DNA of 64,000 nucleotides, from the NCBI RefSeq assembly GCF_009914755.1, contig NC_060947.1. One strand, given 5' to 3'. The notes below the pieces were generated by a model. The model was not told the origin of the DNA, did no database searches, and saw only the letters and a program-made list of their open reading frames with translations. Positions 1 through 16,215 of this stretch are shown piece by piece (the stretch's first letter is position 1; every line of letters starts with the position of its first letter). The translations under genes and the position numbers were made by a program. The stretch comes from the human T2T-CHM13v2.0 reference genome, Homo sapiens.

Positions 1-39
1 TTTCATAGAAATGGCTTCTAGGCAAAATTTCCTCTCATC

Positions 40-690
40 TAGCATTTGTACATTTGATTTTTTTTTCTGAACCTAAATACAGGATTTAACATTTATAACT
101 ATTAAATTTCATCTTGTTAGCTTTGGCCAGCATTCCAGCCTGTCAAGATTGTTTTGAATTAAGATTCAGCTACTCGATGTATTAGTCATTGCTCCAAGCT
201 TTATGTCATCTGCAAATTTGATAAGTAAGCCTTCTATGTCATTATACATATCATTAAAATGTTGAGTAGGACAAGACCAATGGCTGAGATATTCTACATT
301 TTATTTGTTTTGAAGGAAAGACTATTCATGGGTTAGGGGGAGAAGCTGAGATTGTTTGACAAACTACCAATCTATTTAACTGAATATTATCCAGTCTACA
401 TTTCTCCATTTATCCCTCTATAGATTCCATAAAATAGTCCTGTGACATTGGTTAAATCAAAACACATTATGCCTATGGAATTTTATCTTTCCATCTAAAA
501 CTCAAAATAAAAAGTGAAACAAGATTAGTTTTGCATAAGGTATCCTCGGTGAACCTAAGCTATCTCCTAGTAATCACCATTTTCTTTTCTAAGCATTCAA
601 TCACAATTTGTTAACAACCTATTTTGTAATTTCAACAAACAAGATTTCATGTTATAGTCATTAGTAGCATATGCATTCTGTGACTAGAGA
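40..690 (-). mobile_element. L3/CR1 LINE fragment, ancient
   Basis: Antisense CR1 RT-type sequence (TCATCTGCAAATTTGATAAG, CCAGCCTGTCAAGA). Confidence 0.6.
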
Positions 691-3139
691 CTGTTAGACA
701 CATTTTCCCCAAATTCTCAAGAATGTTTTATACATGTTTACCATATGCAAACACCTTTTCCTTACCCTTGTAGGTAATTCATATAGTTCTGAAGATGGAA
801 TCTTTTAAAACAGGTAGGCATGCCTTATTCCTTACGTATCTCAGCATTTACTTCCCTCTTGATTATTTTTATTCTACTCTCTCTGTTTTCAGTCCCATTT
901 TCCTCAAAATAAAAGATAAATCTAACGTAATAATTGGGTAATTCTAACGATTGTTTCTTCTGTAATCTAGCTTTCTTTTGAGAATACCCTGTAAAAATCC
1001 ATACTGATGGGAGTTTTCCCTTTGCAGCCACAACAGTTTTTGTATGTGGCTGCCCCTCCAGCAACATGTTGTACATCCCCATCTCTTCTCACTTATATTT
1101 CAACTCTGTTTTAAAACCATTGGTAATGAAATAAAACCTTTCTTTTCTTTTTTGTCAACATTTTTGGAATAAATAGTGATCTTTATTTAAAGAAAAGTTT
1201 ATTCTCCTATTTTGACATTATAAAACTACACCTTCCCCACTCACATTTTTGCACAATTCATACACAATGAATCAGTTAAAACAAGTTGGAATCTTAATTT
1301 ATTTGAGATGCCAATTTTCCATCAAAATAAAACAAACTCAGTTGCCTCCTACACACATGTGTGCACATACATAAAGATACACACACACCCTGACTCCATC
1401 AAGTCCCTTGGTTCTCCACTAGTCTTACCATGTCTTCATAGGTCCCTTTTTAACAGCCTGCATGCTAAACATGAATTCCTTAGGTGACACTGGCCCCTTC
1501 TGAAACCCAGTGATGAGATGATGAAGGAACTGGGGTGAACCCTACTTGTAATTGCTTGTGAGATGGAGGTTCCAAACACGATTTTTGCTAGCCTCAAGAG
1601 AGAACCAAGGAACGTGACATAGCTGGTAGTTGTGTATGTGTGTGTGTGTGTGTCCATGTGTGAGATGGTACTGTTAGTTTTGTTTCGATGGCCAAGTAGG
1701 GCAACTCAAATAAATTAAGATACCTATTTATTTTAACTGATCAATTTAATAGAAACATGAATGTATATAGATATGAACAGGAAAGGTATAGTTTCATAAT
1801 GTGGACTCGGAGAGAAATGGTAGCTAGCCAAAGGTCACATACCTTTACAGACCAGAGGTCTTAAGAAGTTTGGGATGAGCTTAGATGATACATAGCCAGC
1901 AGCCATACAGCCATGAGAAGTTCCAATCACTGTATAGGAGTGTTCCACGAAATCCCTAGTTGCTATTTTTACAGGTGCCCTCTACTTGACACCCATAAAG
2001 CTAGGAGTGGACACTACTTCTCCACATGTGCCTCAGAAGAACCAAATGCATCCACCACCTTGCCTTTCGAAAGAGCTGCTGGGCCATGCTATATGGTGCT
2101 TGCTTCTGCCTTCCCAATATCCAGTGTTAATATATCCCCTTGGCAGACATGAAGAACACCAGCTCCAAGGGAATGTGGGCAATGCAGCATTTAACATCTC
2201 TGTCTTTGGGGCACTGGAAAGCACCTAGAAGCAGAAAAGAATGGTGTTGAGCTTTTCTGCTTGGTGATACCTGGCAGGGAACTACTTTCTAGATTCCCAT
2301 CCTTTTAAAGAAATTCAATGCACATCTTCTGCAAACTCAAGAGATTATTCCTGAATGCATTCCCCAAGGAAAGATGTTCAAAACTAGAACCATCTCAAGG
2401 TGTTTGTTCTCTTCTAATATTGTTACAGAGCAATGAATGCTCAGGGTATACGTCATCAGTCTTGTATTTTTCCTACAGCTTGTTTCCACAGCAATTAAGA
2501 GCTTGAGGTTATTTGGTTGTGTTTTTCATGTTTACAAAAATACTGGTGGTGTTGAAAGGACAGATGAATAGGCTCTCTAAGTGTGGCAGAGAAAGCAAAG
2601 CAGAACTTTCAATTCCACAAAGCATCTCACAAATTCTCCTTTATTGCCAGCACAATCTGCCTCTGGCTTTAAAAACAATAACTGCATCTTTTCATTCTTC
2701 TCTCTTAAAAAAACTTGTCCCTGCTCTCAAAGAGACAAATTTTCATTTTTTCCTATGCTTTCAAGAATTTATTAATCTCAGAAGCCAATTATTACAAGGA
2801 AGTGGATATCACAGAAAGAAAACATGAACTATAGATTTGGGAGATAAATGAGCAGAGGGAAACTCAAGGGTATTTTAAAGTTACTACTGGTTTCTTCACC
2901 ACTGTGAAAAACCAAAGACTTTCAATTCCTAAATTCAGGCCTTGAGGTAACATTAGAACATTGTGTATTTATCTGTACAACTGGACATTGTATATTTATC
3001 AGCCACTTGTGTGGCTAACTCCTAAAATTACCACTGAAAAGAAGATTTATGCTTTAGGAGTCTCACTTGCCTCTGTTTGAGCCCTAAGATATCATGGTCA
3101 ACGGCACCCTCTTAAAATCTATTTTTACCAGTTATAATT

Positions 3140-3410
3140 GTTAAGGAATAATTTTCTAGTTATAATTGTTATACAGAAACTGCACAAAATTAACATATAC
3201 AATTTGGTGATTTTGTACATATGTATAAACTCATGTTACCTTCACAATCCAGGTTATAAATATATTCGTCACCTCCAAAAGTTTTCTTGTGTGCCTTTGT
3301 GGTTTTGTGCTTGGGGGAAGTAAGAACACTTACTATGAAATTTACCCTGCTAACAAATTTTAGGTACACAATACCTTATTGTTAACTATAGGCACTGTGT
3401 TGTACAGCCA
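3140..3410 (-). mobile_element. L1MB-type 3' end fragment
   Basis: Resembles the L1MB 3'UTR, e.g. AATACCTTATTGTTAACTATAGGCACTGTGTTGTACAG; similar to 36640-36905. Confidence 0.65.
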
Positions 3411-4084
3411 ATAAGGCCAAAATTCTTGTATTTTATATGCATCTATCCATATGGCCCCAGAGTTAATGGGTGCCTCCTCTACTCGCTTGCCCTTTGAAAA
3501 TGCACAGAGCTAGCCATGCCTTGTAGAGGAATTATTTGGCCAACCCACTTCCCATTGCTTGGAACCAACCGTGAAATAATTAGAACACTGCCATCTCTTT
3601 CTCCATTATGTTTCTAGAAATTAGGGCAAAATAGGAGGCTAGAGGAAGCATAAAATAAAAGCTAGACTTCAGACCAGAGGAAAGCTGAGAGAATAACTGT
3701 TTTGAGGTATCCTCTGATCAATGCCACTTAATCTGTCACCTTCTAGTTTGCGCATCTGTTCATGATCCCTATTCTTAATACTCTTGCTTGATCCTGGATC
3801 CTTCTCAGAATACTTAGCCTAGCTTTAGAGAAAAAGCTTAAGCAATTAACTACATTGCAATGTGAAATGTGGTCAATATCTAAAAGATGTACAGTTAAAG
3901 CATTATATATAGGAATTCAGAGGAGAGGTTACTATATATGCTTGAATACAAGGCAAGTCATTTTTCTACAAATGACCTCTCCCTTATATTGCATTCCGTA
4001 TACATTTTTCCAGAATACATGTTCTATCAGTAAATATACTTTGAACAACAAACTACTATTCCAGAAAAATATATTAGCCTAAAC

Positions 4085-4266
4085 CAGTGGGTCTCTTACT
4101 TCAGTGTACATCAGAATCAACTGGAGGGTTTGTTAAAACACAGATAGCTGAGCACCATCCTAAAACTTTCTGAGGTCTAGGGTGGGGCTGAAACAGGCAT
4201 AGTTCTAACAAATAGCCAAGTAATGCTTATGCTGCTGGTCTGAGGACCTCATTTTGAAAACCACTG
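4085..4266. mobile_element. MER5A (hAT-Charlie MITE)
   Basis: CAGTGG...CCACTG termini; CATCAGAATCAACTGGAGGGTTTGTTAAAACACAGAT. Confidence 0.75.
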
Positions 4267-4289
4267 CTCTACTAATATTGGTTTTAGAT

Positions 4290-4473
4290 CAGTGGTTCTA
4301 AACTCTTGTTGCACATTAGAATCATCTGGGGAGATTTCACAAACTAACATTCCAAGGCTCCGTCCCAGATCAATTAAATTAGAATACGGGAGAGAGGACC
4401 TCAGTGTGCCCTGCTTGTAGTTTTTAATGCCCTTCAGGTAATTCTAGGCTACGGCCAGGGTTGAAAGCACCTG
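4290..4473. mobile_element. MER5-family MITE (second adjacent copy)
   Basis: CAGTGGTTCTAAACT...CACATTAGAATCATCTGGGGAG...GGGTTGAAAGCACCTG. Confidence 0.7.
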
Positions 4474-5729
4474 TTTTAAATCAGTATCAACCAATTTCAG
4501 CTAAAATAATCAGGGTTTTTTTTTTCTATATTACAAGTCACCAAGCAAAAAATAATAATCAGTTTTTTAAAGAGGAAAACACATTTGGCCTAAACTCAGT
4601 AAATAATCCTGGGGCATGTGGCTTTACATGTGCAAATGAGGATACATGGTTAATTTGTGGAAATCACTAATATATGCCTAAAGAATGGAAAATAAGAAAC
4701 AAAACACTCTTCTAATCACACAGGTACGGATTTTTGCAGCTTGGGTTAAAGCTTCTAGTAGCAACATTATAGGAAGTGGTATATATCAAACAACATAAGT
4801 GAAAGCAAAGATGGTATCTTATGTAAAACCATGTTGGAGGACCAAAAGGAGTGACCTCTAATGATCATAAAGACAATGATACTGAAGGTACAGGTGCCAA
4901 GTTTGAAGAACATTGTTCAAAAAAAGTGAAAACAGAACAAAGCACTATTTCTAAAATCACTGAGGTTTTATAAATGTGATTTTAAATATGCATGTGTAAC
5001 TCTATTGATACATTTGATATTGTCAGTAGACTAATATAGTAGGAATATACATTGGTCAAATGTATTGAGTACTAGCAATACAGATGTGAAGCCATCATTG
5101 AGAATTATCTTCAAAAGTACATTCGAAATATATTCAAATATATTCGAATATCTTCGAAATACATGCGAGTCAGCCAATATTTTTATTCTCTGCATGCATA
5201 AACTTGGATAACATCTCATACCCAGGGATATACAGAATTTTTGGCTAAGAGTATCAGGAATGTCTTTCTGGGAGAGGTGGTATTTGAGCTGGCCTTCATA
5301 AAATAAGTAGGTATTCATCAAGTAATTCAAAAGTAGAAAGTTCTTCCAAACAGGAGAAACCACACGAGTGATGGAATTGTGAAAAGAAAGCAAAAGGTGA
5401 GTAGTAAAGACGCCAAGATGAAAAAGTAATACACTGCTAAATCGTGGCGACTTAACATTAAGATAAGGAAATTTTACTTTTATTCAGAGTATTTTCCAGA
5501 TGATGCCCCCTCCAGTAACAGATTTCTGATTGGAAACATCCTTATTGCTCCTCAACCCTCTTCAGCCTTCACTTCTCTTCAGAAAAAAACTTGAAATTTT
5601 CGAAAATGACTCTAAATGATGGCTTAACACCTGTATTGCTAGTCCTCATCTGACTTTTAAAAACTCTATGTCATAGACTCCCATGAACAGTTAGAGATCT
5701 TGAAGAAAAAAAAGTCGTCACATAAACGT

Positions 5730-6253
5730 AGTATTCCAGTTACCTATTACTGTGTAACATGCATCCAAAAATTTAGTGGCTTCTAAAATCAATTTATTAT
5801 CTTTCATGATTCTGTTTATTAACCAGGTGTTTCTTCTGCCTCACATGGTGTTGGCTAAGATACAGGGATATCTAAAAAGTTCAGAATGGCTCTACTCACA
5901 TGGCTGGCTACCGGATGGTTACTGAGCTCAACTGGAGGCTTTAGTTCTCCTGCAGGTGGGACTCTCCACATAGCTACTTGGGTTTCTTCACAATAGGGTA
6001 GATGGGTTCGAAGAATGACCATTGAAAAAGGTGAATGAGTAAGCTACAGATCTCTTAAGGCTCATCCTTTGATGTTACGCAGTATCACTTGAGATGCATT
6101 CCATTCCAAACAAGTCAGAGGAATGGGCCAGATTCAACAGGGAAAAAAGGCAGACTCCACCTTTTCATAAAGGAGTGACAAGATCACATTGCAAAAGAGT
6201 ATGTGGGATGGGAAACATAGTTACTGCCATCTTTGAAGACACAATGTACCATA
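5730..6253 (-). mobile_element. MLT1-family (MaLR) solo LTR
   Basis: TATTACTGTGTAACA...AATTTAGTGGCTT start and GCCATCTTTGAAGACACAATGTACCATACA end. Confidence 0.65.
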
Positions 6254-7024
6254 CACACAGAAGTCTAGCCATTAACCAATACGTGGGGACTTCAGGGATT
6301 AGCAGTAAATATGATGAAAATATTGTACAAAATTATATAAATTAAAACATTTAAAAATCTTCTTAAAGCATAATGACAAATCAAAAATTAGCCCAGACTG
6401 AGAAGGTAAAGATCTTTACTACTCTTCATCGGAATGGCATAATAGATATAGATAAAACCAGCTGCAATGTTGTCAGCTAAACAGTAGGTGCTGGACCATA
6501 ATAATTCCAAGGAAGCAAAGTGGATCTGAGTTTTAATAAATAAATATATATATTAAATATTTATATATAATTTTCTAGAAAATATGATACATATACATAT
6601 ATATAATTTTCCAAAACACCCTTCATGGTCATGTCTTTCTTATTCAACTTAATGATGGTAGCAGTGGTGATAGCAGCAGGAGGATAACAGTAGAATCCAT
6701 TTTTTTAAATCATAACATTTTTATGGGGATTTCCAGTTTCCAATTCTGCATGTAAGGAATTTGGAAGTCATCACTTTGTCCTAACGATAGAAAGCTGAAC
6801 AAACTGAAAAATCAATAATTCTTCTTAGATCCATAAGAGAAGTGTGGTCACAAGGCAAACTGCTGCCCCCAAAATTGAAGAGACAGATAGGTGGATACAG
6901 AGAATCACAACATAGCAGAGCAGAAACCTCTTTGGGAACCAAAGCTGATGCAGGAAAATCTGGACTGAAATTGACAAATTGCCGTAGGCAGGGCATGGAC
7001 ACCTTGGAGTTAAAAGCTCCAAGG

Positions 7025-7328
<304 letters not shown>

Positions 7329-8372
7329 ACCTCCAAGGGGACCCAGTAAAGGGAAGCAGGGGTTTTATCAGTACCTAACTGACCTGGGAGAAGGGAAATA
7401 CTCAACTCCGGTCCACTCTAGCCAACCTGCCCAGGCTAAGAGGAGAAAACAAAACTGAGAAACATTTGTGAAGTTCACAGTCCAGAGGCATAGGCTCATT
7501 AAAAGACTGAGATATAATCAAAGGATTATAGAATGCTTCCTCAACACACACTTTACCACCACATTACTAAAGTCCTATTTACAGCAGTTCCTTTTACCTA
7601 TTTCTCAATATCTGGCTATCAATAAAAAAAAAAAGGCATACTAAAAGGCAAAAAACATAACAAAACAAAACAAAAACACAGTTTGAAGAAACAGAGCAAA
7701 CATCAGAACCAGATATAGTAGGGATATAGGAATTATCAAACAAGGAATTTAAAACATTAATCATAAAATCAAATATGCTAGAGGCTCTATTGGTTAAAGT
7801 AGACAGCATGCAAAAACAGATGGGCAGTGTAAGCATAGAGAAATACAAATCCTAAGAAAGAACCAAAAAGAAATGCTAAAATCAGCAACACTGTAACAGA
7901 AATGAAGAATGCTTTTGATGGGCTTATTAGTAGACTGAAAACAGCTGTGCAAAGAATCGCCAAGCTTGAGAATATACCAATAGAAATTTTTAAAAGTGAA
8001 AAGCAAAGATAACAAAGACTAAACATAAAAACAAAATAAAAAAATAAAAAGAATTTAAGAAAAAGATAAGACTGAATTAAAAAATCAGAACACAATATTC
8101 AAGAACTGTGGGACAACTATAAAAGGTGTAACATACATATATTGGGAATACTAGAAAAAGAAGACAAAGAAAGGAACAGAAAAAAGTATTTGAAAAAATA
8201 ATGACTGAGAATTTTTCCAAATTAATATCAGAACCTAACCACACATACATGAAGTTCAGAAAACACCAAGCAGAATAAATGTAAAAAAAAAAAAAAAAAA
8301 AAAAAAAAACTACACCTAGGCATATCATTTTCAAACTACAGGAAGTCAAAGACTTTTTTTAAAAAAATTCCT

Positions 8373-8701
<329 letters not shown>

Positions 8702-9222
8702 TAAGAGAAGCCAGAGAGGAAAAATAATTTACATAAAGAGAAACAAAGATAAGAAATACATCTGACTTCTCTTCAGAAACCATGCAAACAAGAAGACAGT
8801 AGAATGAAATACTTAGTATTGAGAGAAAAAAGGCCCACCAACCTAAAATTCTATAGTCTACAAAATTATCCTTCGAAAAAAAGGCAGAAATCAAGTTTTT
8901 CTTAAACAAACAAAAACTGAAGTAATTTGTTACCTATAGACCTGCTTTGCAAGAAATATTAAGTTATTCAGAGAGAAGGAAAGCAATACAGGTCAGAAAC
9001 TCATATCTACCTAAAGAAAGGGCATTGAAAAAAGAATGAATGCCAGTAAAATAAAAACTGTTACTTTTTTTATTCTTAATTGATCTAACATCTAACAGAT
9101 CAAAATCATACTAGCAATAATGTATTTCATTATACATACTTGTATGTGTATGTATTCATATATATGTGTGTGTATATATATATATATATAGTGTGTGGGG
9201 TATGTGTGTCTGGGCTTATATA

Positions 9223-10615
<1,393 letters not shown>

Positions 10616-12134
10616 ATGCATATGAAAAGATGCTTTCTTTAATCAGTTTTGTAGCTTTCCTCATACAGATTTTGTCCATGTTTCATTAGATTTATACCTA
10701 AGTATTTCATTTTGGGGGGTGCTACAGCAAATAACACTGTGTTTTTAAATTTCAAATCTTACATGTCCATTGTTGGTATATAGGAGAGCAATTAATTTTT
10801 GGATATTAACTTTATATCCTGCAACCTTGCTATAATAGCTTATTAGTTCCAGGAGGATTTTGTCAATTCTTTCAGATTTTCAACATTGACAAATATGTCA
10901 TCTACAAATAAGAACAGTTTTATTTCTTTCTTTTCAAACTGTGTATCTCTTATTTCCTTTTCTTATCTTTTTGCTAGCTAAGACTTCCAGTATGATACTG
11001 AAAATATGCTCCACATCACGTGTCATTAGGGAAAGGCAAATTAAAACAACAATGTGATACCACTATACATCTATTACGACGGCCATAACCCAGAACAGTG
11101 AAAATAGTAAATGCTCGCAATGATGTGGAGCACAGGAATTCTCATTCTTTGCTGGTAGAAATGTAACATGGCACAGCCACTTTGGAAGACAGTTTGGTGA
11201 TTTCTTCCAAAACTAAACATACTTTACTATACAATCCAGCAATCACCTCCTTGTTATTTACCCAAAGGAATTGAAAACCTATATCTATACAGAAATTTGT
11301 ACACAGACGTTTAGAGCGGCTTTATTAATTGCCAAAACTTGGAAGCTGCCAAGACATCCTTTAGTATGTGAATGAATAAACTGTGATACATTAAGACAAT
11401 GGAATATTATTCATATGCTAAAAAGAAATGAGCTATCAAGCTATGGAAAGACACTGAGGAAACTTAAGTTCATATTACTAAGCGAAAGAAGCCAATATTG
11501 AAAGGCTACAGACTATATTATTCCAACTATATCACATTCTAGAAAAGGCAAAATTATGGAGGCAGTAAAAAGATCAGTGGGTTTCCAGGTGTTAGGGGAA
11601 GGGGAGGTATGAATAGGTAGAGTACAGAGGAATTCTAGGGCAGTGAAAATACCCTATATGATAGTATAACGGTGGATACATGCCATTCATACATTTGTTC
11701 AAATGCATAGAATGCACAACGCCCATGTAAACTATGGACTCTCAGTAATAATGATGTCTCAGTGAAGTTCATCAGTTGTAACCAGTGTACCACTCTGGTA
11801 GTGGATGTTTATAACCGGGGAGACTATGCATTTATAGGGTACAAAGTTTACGGGATATCTCTGTATCTTCCCTTCCATTTTGTTGTGAACCTAAAACTGC
11901 TCTCAAAATTGTCTTTAAAAAAATCTTAACTACCATTTACTGAATTATTCCTCTATACTAAGGACTGGAAGCCATCATTTAATTCTCACTCAACATTTAA
12001 TTCTCACAACCACCCTATGAGAAAAGTACCACCACCTCAATTTTATAGAAAAGAGAAGCCTAAAGAGGTTATACACTTTTCCTAAAGTACACAGCTAGCA
12101 ACCCATGAAGATGGGGTTCTAACTCAGGAGTTGA

Positions 12135-12366
12135 CAGGTTTGTTGTTATTGTTTTCTATAAAGGACCAGAGAGTAAACAATATTGGCTTTGTGGGTCACT
12201 TGGTCTCTGTCTCAACTACACAAGTACTCTACTCTGCCACTATAGCATGAAAGTGGCCAAAGACAACATGTAAACTAATGAGCATGATTGTGTTTCAACA
12301 AAACTTTATTTATAAAAATAAGCAGTGGGTAAGATTTGGCCTGCAAGCCATAATTTTCTGACTCCT
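12135..12366. mobile_element. MER58A-like MITE, flanked by MIR (about 11960-12130) and L2 (about 12400-12660) remnants
   Basis: TTTTCTATAAAGGACCAGAGAGTAAA...GCAGTGGGTAAGATTTGGCCTGCAAGCCATAATTTTCTGACTCCT. Confidence 0.7.
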
Positions 12367-12685
12367 ATTCTTGCTCAAGACTGATCTAAGCTTCTTGACT
12401 CAGATTTCATGAAAAAATGTTTTTTATATCTTTACATCCCCATCAACATCTAGCACACCAAGCACGTATGCATAGGCACTCAATAAATATTTGTTGATGG
12501 AATGACCAATAAATAAATTAATTCAACTAACACTTATTGGGCATCAACTATGTCCTAGGCACTGTTGTAATCACTTGTCCTAGGCACTGTTATAATCACT
12601 TGATATATGTTACTGAACAAAACAGAAATCCCTGCCTGTGAGGAGCTTACAATTTACAAATCTCCAACTCATATAGCATAATTAT

Positions 12686-13197
12686 ACGGGTTTCATATTG
12701 CTGCCATAACAAATTCCCACAAACATGGTGGCTTAAAACAACACAATTCTGTTATCTTACTGTTCTGTAGGCAAGAAGTCCAACATCAGTCTCACCAGGC
12801 GAAAATGAAGGCATTAGCAGGGCTGCATTCCTTTTTGGAGGATCTAGCGGAAGATTTCTTTCCTCACTCATTATGGTTCTTGGCAGAATTCATTCTCTAA
12901 ACACTCCCAGTATCTCAGATACTCCCAGTGTCTCAGAACTAGCAACTGGGTGTTGAATCATTCTCCTGCTTCCATCTTTCTTTCTGACTACAACCGGGAA
13001 ATGTTCTCCAATTTTGAGGACCCATGTGATTGGGTCCTTAAATTGGGCCGACTTGGATAATACAGTATAATCTCCCCATCTCGAGATAACGTTAGTCACA
13101 TTTGCAAAGTCTGTTTCGTCACGTAAGGTAACATATTGACAAGCGCCAGAGAGTAGAACATGGGCATCTTTTGGGGGACATTATTCTGTCTACCACA
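12686..13197 (-). mobile_element. MLT1C/D-type solo LTR
   Basis: ATTGCTGCCATAACAAATTCCCACAAACATGGTGGCTTAAAACAACAC ... ATTATTCTGTCTACCACA. Confidence 0.75.
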
Positions 13198-15039
13198 AAT
13201 GCCATCATAGAATTTTATATTAAATCTGATGAATTTGATCTTTGCCAATGGATCATAATTCTAGTGAGTCAATATGACATAAATAATAAATTATTTAATT
13301 ATAAATAAAATTATAAATTAATGTGTGTGATAATCCATTAATCTCAGAATAAATTACACTTTTCCCAGCTTTGCTCAAACCTGTAGATCTGAGAATTGCT
13401 ACTGCTCAAGCCAGTCCTAAATAATGCCAGCAGTTTTCAAAGACTCTTACCTAAAATTAAAAACATTAAAAATAAGTCTTTTTATCATAAGCCTGGCATA
13501 TCTTGAAGGAATTCTCCATTTTGAACACAAACTGTGCATTCTTAGCTCCTGCCTAAAAATAGGATTCCTACATGTCATTGAATTGAAGTGCTGCCCCTGC
13601 CCTTGCCATGTTAGCTCAGGCCACTTGACTGGGCCTCTGCCTTTGTTTTATGATTTGCCTTTCAGTCCCCTAACATTGACTAGAATTTTAGCTGCAAAGC
13701 TGTCATCTTCCCTAACCCTTACCAATCCCCCCAACTGCATTTATATTACAGGCAGTGGTCACGTCTTCCTCCAACTGAGATGGACAATATCAATCATAAT
13801 GCAAGACTTTTAGCTCCAGGAGAGTTACTCTCTGGTTTGCCCAACCTTTTATTGATGATAGACACTATCTAAACTGGCCCAGTTTCCCCTAAGCCACAGC
13901 ATTGAGGCTTGGTCTGCTCATCACTCTAGCTTCTCAACACCAGGCCTGCCCTTAAAGCTAGCCTAGTTCCCAAAATCCAACCCTAGGTGTATTATTTGTC
14001 TTCCTTAATGGCCCCACCATCTACCCACGGTTAAATTAAAAACCCTGGAGGAATTTTCAATTCCACTCTGCCTTTATCACCAACTTTAAATCACCATATT
14101 GTTCTGATCACCATGGAACAAACAGAGAAGGACTGGCTTGGCAAGGGAAATAACAGTTTCTGTTTTAGAGAAAAGGCCCACTTTTCACCCCTAGACATTC
14201 AGCAACCCTCGCCAATGAAGCACCCTCAGGTCACGGGAGAAGGTTCTTTATAATCTCTGGAATGAAGGGAGACTTTTGAAAGTTCTGGTTCTGGTTCGAG
14301 TAGAAAGAATATTAATCTTAGAGTTTTAAAGACCTGATTTCTTTTTTAGGCTCTGCCGCCTACTTTGACCATTTTTTCAACTAGGAAATGCAAATAACAC
14401 CTACCTTACGGGGTGGCTGTGAAAATTAAATAAGGTAATGAGTATGAAAGCACTATGTAAAAGGCACGTATCAGCTGTTATCATTATGATTATCCTACTA
14501 ATACCCCCTGTCTCCACTGCAGCAAATATTACTACTGTTCAGGGTGATGGGTGAATATTATAAAGCTAATCATTCAGATGCATTCAAAAGACCATTCACT
14601 TTTGTTTTATCGTATTAGCAGAGGTTATTTTATTCTAATCCTGTCCATCAAGTTACATTTTGGACAGAGCTCAGTCTGATCGAACCTGCCAATATCAGCT
14701 TGGGTCTACTTAAAGATTCATTCAACCACCTTCTCTGAAAGCACAAGCCAACATTTGTGTATATCTGTATCATAAATCACATGCTAACAAGTGCCAAAAG
14801 CAGTCACCTCTTTTATGAATCAGTCATTGATTCCCAAGACTGAATTAGCCCCTTCTTCTCCTATTTACCATCATATGTTGCCAACTCTGTGATAGCATTT
14901 ATAATATGGCATTATAATGGTGTCTTTGACCTTCTACAAGAGATGGTGAGCAACTGTAGGGTAGAGATTTAGTCTTTGTATTCTCATTCATGGCACACAG
15001 TAGATAGCCAATACATGTTTATTAAAATAAAGGAGGGAG

Positions 15040-15427
<388 letters not shown>

Positions 15428-16019
15428 TTAGGTATGCAGGGATTTCAAAGAAAGGAGAAACAAAATAAAGAAAAACCATTCTTTCCAAAAATCTCCAGTT
15501 TACTTTTCTATAGCATGTTTAAAAGGTGTTATCAGTTGTTTGTAAGTGCAATATAAATTAGGCTAATTATTCCAAACACTTCACATTAGAGATACGTGAA
15601 AGAAGCAGCAGTTTATTTGAACCTCTCAGCTCTTGAATGACCTGTGCCTTCTGGAGAAGGAGAGAGCTTAAGTTTTATTTAGAGAAAAATCCAGCATTAC
15701 ATATAGAATATAGATGTGTTTCTGAGAAGGAAGACCAGAGAGGGAGGAAAATTTCTCATTTGGAAAGTTGTTCCTATAAGAATTTTAATTACATACTTTC
15801 AAATAATAACATCACCTATCTTGATATCATATAATCCCTTCTTGGTAATCTTCCTTGATATTTAAGTCTAAAATTAGCCCAAGTAACCCTTGGATTATAT
15901 GCAAATGAAAATTCTGTGCTATTGCAGATACTTTTTAAGGCACTGCTACCATTGGAAAACATGATTCTCCTGGGTTAGGTAAGAGGTCAGGGCTTCAATG
16001 ACTACCCTACTGCGCTTCA

Positions 16020-16215
16020 GTCATGCATCACAAATGTTGACATGTACCCCTGAGAGTCTTGCGGAAATGCAGATTCTGATTCAGTGGGTATGATTCAGTG
16101 GATCCAGGTCATGTACAAAGGATCGGAAATGAGACTATTTCTGACCTTTTAACATTTCCAACAATTTCCCAGGTGATACCCAAGCTGCTGATCTGCAAAC
16201 CACACATTGAGTAAC
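16020..16215. mobile_element. MER5A carrying a 50-bp foreign insert
   Basis: AAATGCAGATTCTGATTCAGTGG...CATTTCCAACAATTTCCCAGGTGAT...CCACACATTGAG. Confidence 0.7.

Noticed and set aside
3140-3410. Similarity to 36640-36905 as a local duplication
   Set aside because: Explained by both being L1MB-type 3' ends.
13424-13813. 129-aa ORF in apparently unique DNA
   Set aside because: No recognisable domain or exon structure; consistent with chance.
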